A DNA stretch of 57,924 bases, counting the filler, from Sphacelaria rigidula (taxonomy: Eukaryota): the NCBI GenBank assembly GCA_964200075.2. It is 7 parts of 7 records of this genome, joined end to end, with 100 filler letters (N's around TTAATTAATTAA, not from the genome) between each part and the next. Parts side by side here need not be neighbours in the genome. Positions count along the whole stretch, not along the records: positions 1 to 8,191 come from CAXNAA020011974.1; positions 8,292 to 16,481 come from CAXNAA020011975.1; 5 more parts are not named here. One strand, written 5' to 3'. How positions within the stretch are numbered: the stretch's first letter is position 1; each line of letters starts with the position of its first letter. The notes under the pieces were generated by a model. The model did not search any database. It was not told the origin of the DNA and saw nothing but the letters and a program-made list of their open reading frames with translations. A program made the position numbers and the translations under genes. Below, in pieces: positions 1 to 11,891 of this stretch.

Positions 1-520
1 ATCCTGCTTGTGCCTCGCTGATTTGGTCGTCCTTTTCTAGCATTGTTCCTACTCTATCGTTCAGAATCTTAGATATTGCTTTCCCTACCGTGCTCAGTAG
101 CGTTATCCCTCAATGGTTTCCTGGGTCAGCCTTACCTCCGTTTTTTGAAAAGACTGACGACTACTCCTTCTCTCCATTTCTTGGGTGTGTACTCGTTCTC
201 CCAGATCCAGTTATTCAGCATAACCATCATAGTAATCCTTCCTTCTCCCCCGTACTTGAGAAACTCATTCACTATACCGTCTGCCCCTGCTGCTTTTCTG
301 TTCTTGAGTTTAGCTACGCACTCCTTTACTTCATCTCTAGTAAACGCTCTCTCTGCAATTCTTTGGGGCCATTATCCTCCCGTTTCGACGTCTCTAAATT
401 TGCTTCTGCCCACGCGTTGATTTATTTGACGAATTCCGTGTCGAACTCCGTGGTTGTTTCTGGTGTTCTTGTTCACGGTAATGCTCGACTAGCACTTATC
501 TCTTTCCCTTCGAACTATTG
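1..520 (-). mobile_element. LINE (non-LTR retrotransposon) reverse transcriptase fragment, degenerate
   Basis: The minus strand translates to FTRDEVKECVAKLKNRKAAGADGIVNEFLKYGG...WREGVVVSLF..KGGKADPGNH*GITLLSTVGKAISKILNDR...ISEAQAG. These are the N-terminal RT motifs (K.A.G.DG, GITLLS..GK, Q.G), with a stop and a frameshift. The fragment runs off the contig end. Confidence 0.85.
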
Positions 521-1536
521 ACCATTTTACCGTTCTGTGCTCGGAGTATAGCTATCGGGTGTGTGTGTGTGGGGGGGGGGGGGTTAAGTCATTGGGGGGA
601 TGAGAAAGGACNNNNNNNNNNTTTTGCCGTTCTGTCTTTTGTTTTTTGGGCGTTTGGGTGCGGGGTTGTGGGTTGGGGGGTGTGGGGGGGGGGGGGGGGG
701 GGGGTTAAGTCATTGGGGGAATGAGAAATGACCATCTGTGGGCGACGGGTCTAAGTTTGTGTACCGTGGGTAACGATGTTTATGATCCCTAGGTGGTCAA
801 TTTTCGGAACTCGGAAAGTCGTCACCTAGGAGTGGTGTGCAGTACGGAGGGGTGGTATTCAAGGTACACTTATCAAGTGCTGTAGATACGGACATTTTGC
901 AATAAACCATTCAAAAAAAGTAATCTCCCCGAGGTTGTGTTCAGAGGTGCCGGTATAGTATGTACCGATGATATACACCGTCATCTACAGTAGGCCTGAC
1001 GACTGGTCTTCACAAACTGAGAGTTGTCAGCAGACCTCAACAAGCCTTGATAGAAATCAACGGTGGGAAGGGTAGGTCATCATCCAACTTGCCAGCGCAC
1101 GATGCGTACACGAATAGCCGGGCCGAGGTATATCGTCTTGACGTGAAGCAGCGACACCTTATTATTTACTATTATTTCCACACATTACTCCGATCTCTCG
1201 AACCCGCGGTCACACACGTCGGCTTGTCTTTCCAATACCGTCCCTACACCTACTAGGCACATAGAGCACGACCACGCTTGGCCTGACGGGGTGACTGATT
1301 GATTGTCGCACTCTGACTGCTCCGTTACGAATCTAGCCACGCAACAGCGACCTAAACCAAATCGTATACGCCGCGCTTCCATGCGCAGGGAAGCTTTTAT
1401 GTCAAGCAGCTCTCCATAGTTTCGCGCCGATTTACTAACAAAAAACATAGACGCAACAACAAAAACACAATAGTCGCCCATGAACTCCGATTGAACGGTG
1501 CTCAGGCACGAAATGCACTACTGCCATGCGCCGAAC

Positions 1537-4500
1537 CTGGCCGTGCAGCATGAACTTCTTGAGCATCCTCAGATGTGACCTCAGGCGGTATTGACCAAGC
1601 ATGAGGTACACCAGTCTGTTGTTAGTGAGGGTGGCGCAAGAGTCCACGACCGCGCGGAGGGCTGCCGTGTTACCGTACTCCAGGGTTTGCGCCTGGACTG
1701 CCGCCTGCCCACGGCAACACAACGACCGGAACAGCAAGTACATTGCACCCACGTGAGGAATAGAGCAGAAGAAGCAAATACCGTGAGTACGCACAAGAAA
1801 CAATTTATATTCGCCTTGTTACAACACACCAATTGGAGGCAAGCGCAGCACTGCGCCAGATACGACATAGTAGTTACGGCAACGGGACGCGTATCTGGCT
1901 TCTTGGGCACCATATCACTCCCCGCGCCCTTTATTGGAGCAAACATAAGTTTTATGCAGTCGTTTTCCAGTCTCTACGCCCTCAAAACTCGAATTCCTAT
2001 TCTTGAGGGGGCATCAGGACTCGTTCATACCCCGGACAATTGACAACGGACAGCATTGGCATAAAGTGTACTGCGTACAGTATTGAATCTGCTATCTCCT
2101 CTTTCGTGAAAGACAAGAAAAATCGATACTGTACGAGGTATACTTTCTCCCAATGTTGTCTATTGTACATTGCACAACGTGTGGACTCGTCACATAAGGT
2201 ATATTGTAAGCCCACAACACAAATGGCACGGCAAAGCACCGCATGCCATTGCTCTAGTGAACTGCAGCACCGCCTGTATCCTGGTGTGCCCAAATCTTAT
2301 TTAGAAAATAACTCAGTGCGCCTGAGATATGGTGGAGAATAGCACGCCCACCCCCGCCCCCGCCCGGCTGTTTGTGACCAATTTTGGAACTCCTGGGCTA
2401 TGACGCCGGAGAATCCGGACATGAACCCTTGGTTGAGGCGTGAAAGTAGGCGATGCGGTCATGCCAAACAATGAAACATATGTTACCAACATGCGGCCCC
2501 GCTACATGTTCAAACACATGATTTTGATGGGGGCTTCATGTAGCTCCATCTTCAAAGCTTAACGAGGATTGCCTCCGGCCGGGAAAAGGTTACAATGCTA
2601 CGCTTCTGATCGTTTGCGAATTCAACGTACGAAAGCGCATAGAGAGAGTTAGCTCAACAGCACAGTAACACCAACGCTTGCCGCGTAGAGGTGAAGTAAA
2701 GAGGGCTCTTTGCGTTACACGTTACACGCTAGACGCTAGACGCTAGACGCTAGACGCTAGACGCTAGACGCTAGACGCTAGACGCTAGACGTTAGACGTT
2801 AGACGTTAGACGTTAGACGTTAGACGTTAGACGTTACGTCAGTGAGGTCTCAAAAATTATACGTCTCGTCACGTCACAACGGTCTGACGTATCGTATATG
2901 ACGTGTAACGAACGTGTGACGTATGCCGAAAAGAGTCCTGAAAATAACACCCTAAAGTACATCGAACTTTAGTGCACACACGTAAAACAGCACGCTGCAT
3001 GCACCTTGGCCATAGGACCCATGATCCACTCCGAATCTCCGCACAGGGTCCTGAGGAAGTTGATCGTCTTCCCTATGATGAAAATGCTTTGCGCTACATT
3101 TCTATCCATGAAGTTGGGAAGAGCTTCCAGGTCGAGTCTATAGCGCTCCCGCCAGAGATGTTTGTCTTTGACCTTGGGGTCGTGCTTTACGAAAAATTCC
3201 CTGCCAAAAATAGAAGAGAAAAAAAGAGGAGGTGTTCGTATCCCAGTGTTGTATGACATGGGTCAGGGGACGGGAATCATATCGAACAGCATATATCCGC
3301 TTGAGGGATTGTGCATACGAGTGACGGATGATCAAGATTTCTGGGTAAGACGCATAATGAGATGTTGACAATGCAGCTGGAGTTGTTTGGTATCTCGTAC
3401 GTGTGCTGTGCCGAGATAACGAACCTGCCGCAGAAGCACAAAGGAACGAGCTATACATTTCAAGTAGCTACAGTTGCGAAGCATAAAAAAAAGGGGGGGG
3501 GGGGGGGCAACCGACAGCACGGGGGGCGTAGCAGGAAAAACAACAAACCAAAACCCGATGGTCGGTCTGGTCCGCCCCCCCNNNNNNNNNNAGAAGAAAA
3601 AAGAAACAAGCTATACCTATGAAAGATTTACGGTGGAAAAGAAAAAAAAAAGGGGGGGGGGGGGGCAACCGATCGCACGGCGAGCGTCATAGACAACTCA
3701 ACAAACCAATACCGCATGGTAGGTCTGCTCTGTCCTCCCGGCGGCGGTGTGTGTGCTACAACCGCTGCTTCTCCCCTCCCACCCCCGCCTATGACACGCA
3801 TGATCATGAGTACACCCCCGCCCTCCGCACTCGACATGTTGGCGGACACTCACTGATGGTGGTCGACCAGCTCTCCCTCGAACACCCAATTACGAACCAT
3901 GAAGAACAGAGGTTCGCAAACCCGAACCATGGTGCGGTGTACAAGGCCTCGCACGAAGGGATCGCCGTGCTGCATGTGTATATGCAGGCAAGATGCCAAC
4001 GGGCCTCCCTGTCCAGTCAACGATAAATGTCGGCGGAACGATAGCGGCGGGTCGGTTGCGAGAGATGCCGGGCGAAAGTCAGTCGGTTGCACTCTCGGCA
4101 CGAGGTAAGTGGCGGACAGCAGACGTGCGCGGTAAGCTGCAGGATGGCGATTTCAGGAACAGACTTGTTTAGCACCGACCGCCGGTGAGCACCCCAAGAG
4201 TACACATGTTACCTCCGACAAGACTGACCAACATCCGATGCTCCGCCTGCCTCGAGGGCAACAGTAGGAAAACACCATACTTCCTCTGTCTCATAAGTTA
4301 GGACCGACTTTGTCACAGACGCCCTTGACCGTGTCTGATTCTTTGATCGATTCTTTTGTAGAAATCTTTGGCGTTTTTTTAGTTAAATCCAGTTTGTTTG
4401 TTTTTGTTCGCGCACCACCCAAGGTGGCCCAACGGCCACAAAAAAATCAGTCGGTCTAAAAATGGCCGATTTTCGCTCTTTTTCCGGGGGGGCAAGAGAG

Positions 4501-7363
4501 TGTCAGAATAAGATGCGAAGAGCGTCCACTCCTTGGGGTGATCGAAAGATCAAGCTTTCCAGATGCCTCTATCTGCTCTCTGTATTCTTTCAACAGCCCT
4601 CTAGAAAACTGTTCGCCTACGCCGTACTTTTCCGCGAGAGGGCCAAAAAGCCCGCGGGCGCCCTCGAAGTGCCTGGCGGAATGCCCGCGGCGATGTCGAA
4701 CGTCATGGCATAACGCGAGCCCAACGATAGTTCTCTACCGCGTTTACGAGGCGGAGGGGTACTCACGGGCGAGTCCATGGTGTAGTGTGCAGGTGGATGG
4801 GTGTAAATGGTGTTTTTGTGGACTATTTCAAATAATTCACAAAATAATTCCAAGAACAAATCTCAAAAGAATTCCCAGAATTGGCCATTTTTTGGGACTT
4901 TTCGATCCAATATATAAGATACAAACAATCGTTCTTGTCTTTTTATTTTTTTGCACCAGCTAGCTGTAGAAAATATATTTCTTATGATACCAACTATAGC
5001 ATCGTGAGCAACTCCGTTAGAGAGATACGATCTGTGCCCCAACTCGGTCCTAACTTATGAGACAGAGGAAGTATGTGTCTGAGTGAAGCACAACGAGTAA
5101 TAAAAATGAGAACACCTCGTCACATCGGCAGCGCCGGTGGGATAGCCCCAACTGCACAGTGAATGAACAAAAGGGTCTGTCTGCGCTCGAATTCCGCCTC
5201 GATCGCCGTAGCCATGAAAAATAAATAAAAAATGTTTGAGCGATAATCGAACACTGGAACAAAAAAACTTGAACGGTCAGCAGCAGGGTTTGCGGCCCAA
5301 TCTTCCGCGGAGACTGTTGGTCTTCTAACCCAATACACCCACCCATACAACAGTCATACTCCACGAAGTCACACTCCAACGCACGGGTGCAATGGTGCCA
5401 TGTACCGCACCTTCAAATCTTTCGCGGCCGACACAAGCGTGGCCATGAGCTTTAGCCTCTCCAACGGATCCATCACCCACACAGCTAGTCGCCGCAATGT
5501 CAACCCCTCAGTGCCACCTGCGTCACCCCGAACACCCTCACCCCCCCCCGCAGCCCTCTCAGCATCCAAGTTCAACTGTGCTCCCAACACAGCAATAAGA
5601 CGATAGTACTCCGTCATGTCCTCGTTTAAGGAGAAGACGAAAGCTTGCTGGATGCGCCCCGGGTCCATGCCTGAACCTCCGTTACGATCGGACGTGTCAC
5701 GGGGGTAGGGCAGAGAATTGATGCACGAAGGGGTGTGAAAAGAGGGCTTTGTTCTTCACCGACGTTTGCGGACGCTTGCCCATCTTTTTGTATCTATGAG
5801 GGTGCTCGCGACTTAGATGGCACTTGAGTAAGCTGCGGAGAGTTTTTGGTGGTTGACGGGGGGGGTAGGGGGGGGGGGGAGGTCGATCGCATAATTTTGA
5901 TGCTAATCTCCTTCGGCACTTGACTCAGCACGGTGACTAACATGTGTCGTAGGTCACGGTATGAGATAAGGGCGCTTATATTGTGCACTTTACCATCGTA
6001 TGCTGAACGCGAATCCAGTACAAATCGACCTATCTTGTAGGACACTACTATAAATAGTAGCAGTAATGGTCATGCCGTGCCGTCCCAATACCGCGAAATT
6101 CGACTGTTCGAGTTGTGCGCTAAGCGAACTCTAGCTCAATTGCCTGTACAAGAAGACGCGTGTCTGCTCACCTTCCACGCCCCGGGTGTAAAGCACCACC
6201 TGCGTGTACAACCAGCCCATCTCTAGCATGCTCTTCACGAGGGAACGCTCCGCAGGCCCCAGCCTTAGGCCCGAATCCAGCACGAACCCAGACGCCTCTT
6301 CGGAATACTTCATGTATTGGCTGTCGATGCCCTGAACGCACGCGAGTAATGCGTCCTGCACGAGTAAGTGCAGGTGCTACTCAAGCATCTCGCCATCCGT
6401 ACTCCGACGAGAAGGGTCGAGCGGACTTGAGGGAACGGCCGGCGTACAGCGGAGTGGGGTACACTAATACCTGTGCTATTTTTCTCCTACGAGGAGTAAG
6501 GTCACCGTCTCGACAAGTCCGTTACAAACAAACACACGACAAAACCAAACAAGCACCATGTGGTTACCCGAGCGCATGAGTGCGTTCTCTGAAGCCCTTG
6601 ATCGCCAGGGTGCTATCATCCGGGTCATGTAGTCAGTTTCGATTGGAAACGACGCCGATAAAAAAATGACCTATCTTGACTGACGGGTCAAGGGTCAAAG
6701 CCCCCCACATGGCATGTGCCATTTATAATCGCACGGTCGTTACGTCACCGTAGCTCTCTAGGACGCTATTCTAATCGCTCAAGAGTTCGCGAAAGCTATC
6801 GCCGGCATGTTACAGTGCACACTTCCACCCTCTCAGGTTCGTTCCATAAGCATATCAAGTGTATGAAGTGTATTCCATGGCCGAACCTGAAAGGCATACA
6901 GGATGCCGCGAAGGAGCGCCCTCTCCGTCACCTCAGTCATACCGCGCACCCTCCCCCTCCGTCTCCTCGATACCCCCATGCGATCCCCACCCCCATTCGC
7001 CTCCCAACTGTCATTTTCATCAGTCTCCGCGTAGGGGGGCGGGAGAGCAGACTGCGCCCGACCAACCTGATGGATCCCGGATAGTCCTGCTTTTGGCTCG
7101 GCGAAAATTCGAGGCGGAATCATTGCCAGTCCCCCCCTGCCCGGCACTACTCCCGGCCGCTTCTTGTCGGTGCCCGAGTCTGCCAGCGCGTGCAGCAGGT
7201 GCAGCATTGATGCGCGGTTCTTGACGCAATCCAGCAGACGCAACTTTTGGTGTAGGTCCTTAAAGCGCAAGGACTTGGTCACTCCTCCATCCTCGCCAGT
7301 GGGGGCCTGCAAGGGTTTTTTGTGTGTGGGCGCGCTCATAAGAATCCGGTAAGCTAGCTTCAT
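1537..7363 (-). CDS. TUBGCP3: Gamma-tubulin complex component 3 (Spc98/GCP3 family), partial spliced gene
   Basis: GT-AG exons with consistent phases (minus strand): ~7363-6887 (5' boundary uncertain), 6331-6172, 5670-5411, 4008-3854, 3200-3005, 1704-1537. Peptides E.ALLRGILYAFQ|GIDSQY, EMGWLY, QQAFVFSLNEDMTEYYRLIAVL, GLTLRRLAVW..DPLERL, GGPLAS..H....HGDPFV, WVFEGELVD, IFIIGKTINFLRTLC and HLRMLKKFMLHGQ match the Spc97/98 GRIP domains and fit GCP3 best. The 3' exons were not identified in this contig. Confidence 0.88.
2702..2940. repeat. Short inverted-repeat element containing a 7-bp tandem array (ACGCTAG)n-(ACGTTAG)n
   Basis: Heptamer array at ~2726-2835. The imperfect inverted ends are AGGGCTCTTT (2702) and AAAGAGTCCT (~2930-2939). 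Confidence 0.65.
4280..5071. mobile_element. Tc1/mariner-type (Stowaway-like) non-autonomous DNA transposon in a GCP3 intron
   Basis: Perfect 28-bp TIRs CTTCCTCTGTCTCATAAGTTAGGACCGA and TCGGTCCTAACTTATGAGACAGAGGAAG, flanked by TA at 4278-4279 and 5072-5073. No credible ORF lies inside. Confidence 0.88.
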
Positions 7364-7944
7364 GAGGGTGCGCTGGGTACATCTTCGCCTGGGTTCCGTG
7401 TTGTGTTTATTTGTAATGAACGCAGCCTCTCAGGACCCGAAAAAAAACACAACGGAGAAGTAGTGCCTATATGACTGCGGAGGCGTTCTCCCTGAAGAAG
7501 GGGGCTAGGCGAATGTCTCCCCTCTTGGAATTGATCTTCTATTGGAGAGGGCTCCCGTACGCTCTCCCACTTTGTCGTGTGCTCACTGCGAGGGTGTGTC
7601 TTGACAAAAAAAAAAGAAGACATATCCTCTCGATATTCGATGTTGCATTTTTTTTTCTTCATCACCTTGTTTCCGTCGAAAGTCGACGCGGTGCGGTGGT
7701 GTTGGTCATGATCTAATCCTCGACACCAACATGTAAGGCGAGTACCGGCGGGGGCGGCGTACTCATTTTTTGTCTGCCTTAGTCGATCATTGACCACGCA
7801 TCCCTTTCCAGACAAAGAACCGTTCCTACTTCTAATAGAAACACCTCCAACATTTGGGCGTTCATTGCGTTTCTTCCATACATTACACAAAACCTTTTAC
7901 ATATTATCCCCTTCCTGATTCGCCGCCTGCGGCCATTATTTATC

Positions 7945-8191
7945 TCCTAGTATCGCCATTAGGGTGGAGAGAACGGGGGTTCGATTCCCGATGCGTTGGG
8001 TTTTTTTCTCCGTAATGTATGATTTCCACCGTGGAAAGCGTGAGAAAGTGAGTAAATAAAAAGCAGTCGACTGGTTTTATGTGACGTGAGTTGACGCGGT
8101 GCTGGAGTGCTGACTCAATCCGCGAGACCAAAATGGAAGGCGCGTACCGGGGGAGAGATGGGTTGATCCCTTGAGACCACGGACTCAATCC
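7945..8191 (+). repeat. tRNA-derived SINE-like repeat
   Basis: A B-box-like GGTTCGATTCCC (~7978) precedes a body (ATTTCCACCGT...GAGTTGACGCGGT...CAATCCGCGAGACCAAA) that recurs at ~52412-52540. Confidence 0.5.
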
Positions 8192-8291
8192 NNNNNNNNN
8201 NNNNNNNNNNNNNNNNNNNNNNNNNNNNNNNNNNNTTAATTAATTAANNNNNNNNNNNNNNNNNNNNNNNNNNNNNNNNNNNNNNNNNNNN
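8192..8291. other. Artificial contig linker (N run + TTAATTAATTAA + N run)
   Basis: The same 100-nt spacer recurs at 16482-16581, 24771-24870, 33060-33159, 41349-41448 and 49637-49736. TTAATTAATTAA places stop codons in all six frames. Confidence 0.97.
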
Positions 8292-8912
8292 GACGATGGC
8301 TTCGGCACTTTGGCATCCGGTCTTCTTGAGGGCCTGTGCATACGACAGCTGTCGGTATGTGCTGCACACTCGGCGGTACCTGATGACGTGCAGGAGGCGC
8401 CGGTAGTGCACCTTTCGAAACAAGGCGTATAGTGTTCAGAATCGAAATTTCCCTGCTTGAACTGTTCATACCCGTTACACTGGACGACTGGTTTCCAAGA
8501 AAACCATCCGTCCCTTCAGGACTTTCCCTGCGCGCTAATGCTAACCCTGAAGTGTTTGGGTGGGCGCCATGCACAGGAGGCGATCACGGTGCTGTTCTTT
8601 CTTCACACACTCATGGTTGTCAAGACCCGCATGTTAGCCTGATCCCTCGCACCTACGGACATCCCGTTTGCGTAGGCATAACCCATGCCGACGAAACTAT
8701 TGCATAGTGTTGCAACACTTTACAGAAATCTTCTAGTAGTTACCTGTAGCAAATTCAAGGGTGTAGTCTTTCTTTTTGGCACACATCAGAGAGGACCCAA
8801 TTAATCCCCCTCTGCTCAGGCTCCACTTGTCCTACGACCTTTTCACGACCATTTCACCGTTTTCCGTCTCTCGTCACTTCCCCTGGATGATTCGTGTGAC
8901 GCGTGCCTTCAG

Positions 8913-10860
8913 ACGGTTGAAGGTGTCGTGCTGCAAGGTGGCTCCAGTCTCAATTATAAAGTGAGAGGCCCTGCCGCGTTTTGGTTTTCAGCCGTATTCT
9001 GCTTATTGTCGATATTTTCTCGTGGCGGCGAATCGGGAACGACATACTCGGGCAGACAGCTGGAGAAGAGTCTACGCGACTTGGTCAAAACTCACGGTCA
9101 AAACTCACGGTCAAAACGTTGTTGATATTAGGGTCTATGTTCATGCGACATTGCCAAACAACCTGGCGCCCATGGCACCCACCCGTTTCATCCACCTTGC
9201 TTGAGAGTTATCGGTTTTCGGTATGCCCTGGGTTGAAAGTAGGGATAGGTTTAGGCTTCGACAAACCTAGTAGTGTGCGTTAACCATGGGTCGTTGACGA
9301 CGGACTCGTGTTCCAGAACTGGCGCCGACCTCCGCAAGTGCTCCCGCCTCGAGGCGATCGGCACGTTCGAGTCGTTGTAGTTTGTGCCGGCTGCACGTGC
9401 GATGTGGTGTCTACCAGTACGACTGTTGAAGGCGACTGGTTGCATACCGTCTCAAGGGGATACCTACATACAAGTGCCGTCTGCGCTATTTGAAGGCTTT
9501 TAGTGAAGCTCGAGCACCCTTCGAATATACCACTGTATGCGCCTCAAACTATTCACGAATAATCACTCAATATTAGAAGAGAAAGCGCACGCCCCCAACA
9601 GACCATGCTCGCTCGAGGAAACTACTCACTGTACCATTGCGTGATCTAATAAGTACTTCGATACAACGAGCAGACGAAGTTCCGAGTGCGAGTTGTGGTT
9701 GCTTGAAGTGTTTCTTTTCCCTGCTCAAAATGATATTTCCGGGAACTTGAAAGCGTTTCTTGGTGCAGATGGGAATAAAGGCTGTAGCGTAGGGTCAACA
9801 TGGCTCTTGCAAGATGACGCATCATACAGCTACGACCTGTCAAGTCCGTCATGAGTACACCTGGAGCAATAGGGATGTCATTGCAGCTCAGTTCCGGAAG
9901 TTCAGGGAGGCAGATATCACGCATTGTTTTGGAGTTACTGAAGGGCGTCGGGTTCATGATGAGACGAGTTTGAAGACAAGCACTTTTTGCCGTGGTGATA
10001 GATCAATCTCAGAATAGGTAGCACTCTTTGGACTGACAAAGGATGCGAGAGAGTTTCCTTGGTATCAGCAAACACATGCCTTATAACCGTTACATATTCG
10101 ATGTAAATCCATAACATTTCCGCTTCCTTCCCGCAACACCGGCCTAGGAAACTAGTCACTACCCTAGAACACTCAGTCAGGGCTAACTACATGGTCTCGT
10201 GAGTGGTCTTCTAACGCGCAGACCGCGCTATCTTGATTACCTTGTGCCTCATCGATGCAGGGAGCTCGGCGCGCTGCAACTGGTTGGAAACGGCTTCGTT
10301 TGGCTGCATTTGTCCCTGTTGTACGACTTGTCTGAGGAGCCAGCCGTTGCTTTCGCGTGCATATCATTTGTTCTCAGCCTGGGCTTGTACTTGGCATCAC
10401 TGCGCAAAGGAGCTCGACTTGCTAGTGCTGGAGGAGCCATTGGGCAAAGTGTCATCTACGACTTTTTCATGGGGCGTGAGCTCAAACTAAGACTTAGCAC
10501 GCTCGACCTCGAGTTCGTTTGTGAGCTACGATCGGGGCTCATCGGATGAGTTGTGGTCAATCTGGGAATGCTGTGCAAACAGAAAGGTACCTTGGGATAC
10601 GTTTCCACGCCCATGATATTGGTCAACCTGTTTCAAGGACTGTACGTGTGGGACGGTCTCTTTTACGAGCGAGCCATCCTCACCACCATGAACATCGGAA
10701 CTGAAGGCTTTGGTTACATGCTGGGGTTCGGGGACCTTTGCTGGGTGCCGTTCGTGTTCTCTCTTCAAGGTCGGTACCTTGTAACCAATGACCCAGGACT
10801 TCCAACTTGGATTCTTGGTGCCATTAGTTGCGCCAATATATTGGGCTAAGCCATGTTTAG
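8913..10860 (+). pseudogene. Delta14-sterol reductase (ERG24/TM7SF2/LBR family) pseudogene, partial
   Basis: One segment (~8913-9030) reads VEGVVLQGGSSLNYKVRGPAAFWFSAV. A second (~10261-10860) reads VIYDFFMGREL...DLEFVCELRSGLIG*VVVNLG...YVWDGLFYERAILTTMNI..EGFGYMLGFGDLCWVPFVFSLQGRYL...LG*AMFR. These are ERG4/ERG24 family motifs. In-frame stops fall at 10547-10549 (usually Trp) and 10847-10849 (usually Tyr). Confidence 0.82.
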
Positions 10861-11633
10861 GTGAAATTCGGTGACTGCCTTGGCTACAATTTACTGTCTT
10901 GTAAATGTGCAGTATACTTCCGCCATGGTTTGACCCTCTCCCTTTCCTCGGGGCGAGTCTGTAGCTTCGAGGGATCATCCTATCTCTCTCCCGGTTGCTG
11001 GCTTATACTTTCCTATCGAGGATGGACTAGCACTCCCGCACCCTGACGACTCTCTGCGTTGGACACATAACAAAAAACAAGGTGCTATACGACCGACTTT
11101 CGTCTTTTGTGCTGAACTTCCCGGCAAATTTCCATGTCGAATCATCGTCGAGCTGGTAAAAGAGGAAAATGGCACGTGACGTCAGAGGTAGCGGAAATAG
11201 GTGGTGGCGTGATACATCATGATCTGGGGAGTGGGTTAAGCGTGTGGTAGGTTGCACCGACTGCGTAAGCTTTAGAGATTCGACGATAGGAAAATGTTGG
11301 CCCTCCCGGTTTCTTGGCATATTTGTTTGTTCAGGACAACTGCGTAAAACACGCGGAGAAACACAATGTTTAGAGTGCGTAGGTCCAGCCCACACGGGGA
11401 TGGACTATAGTATCGACAAATACGTAACATGTGTTGAGTGGGTTGCCAGCACTCCTGCGATCCTACTCCCGCCGAGCCATCTCTTTTGGCCATGCCCCTG
11501 GGTAGACTGGTTGAATACCTAGTGTACGCATTTATTTGCAAGTTTTGCGGGGAATGATATCTGTACTCTGAACTATTTGGGAGACGCAACGACGCGATAG
11601 CTCATTCAATTACAGCATCCTGACGATATGCTC

Positions 11634-11891
11634 TGTAGCCAAATGATACCAAGCCGTAGGTTTCAGTATAATCGCATGCATGATTGCAGCAGTAGCAAGG
11701 GATGTGAGATCCTGGATTGATGGCCCTTATCTGTGTGCCCCCTTGCTGTCTGGCTTGTGATGTGGTCTGTTGAGAATCACTCCGCAATAACAATAAGTTA
11801 GAGGGAAGGACTTGTCGAGCACGAGGCCAGTGCTACTGGAGGAGTCCCTCGTTGATAGTTCTCTTGTTCAGATCGTCTGGCAGAGGCTATA
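11634..11891 (+). repeat. 5' LTR
   Basis: Aligns with 15926-16183, including the shared block AAGGACTTGTCGAGCACGAGGCCAGTGCTACTGGAGGAGTCCCTCGT. Confidence 0.85.

Noticed and set aside
571-730. Direct duplication of GGGTTAAGTCATTGGGGGA around an N gap (similar case at 3480-3670)
   Set aside because: It flanks a 10-N gap next to poly-G runs and is likely an assembly overlap artefact.
1591-2043. Plus-strand 150-aa ORF and most other ORF-track entries
   Set aside because: They are antisense shadows of real exons or chance ORFs in intronic and repeat DNA, with no recognisable motifs.
10547-10549. TGA read as Trp or Sec (alternative genetic code) in the sterol reductase
   Set aside because: A second, TAA, stop and several motif-breaking substitutions point to decay. 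Genes on the other contigs use TGG for Trp.
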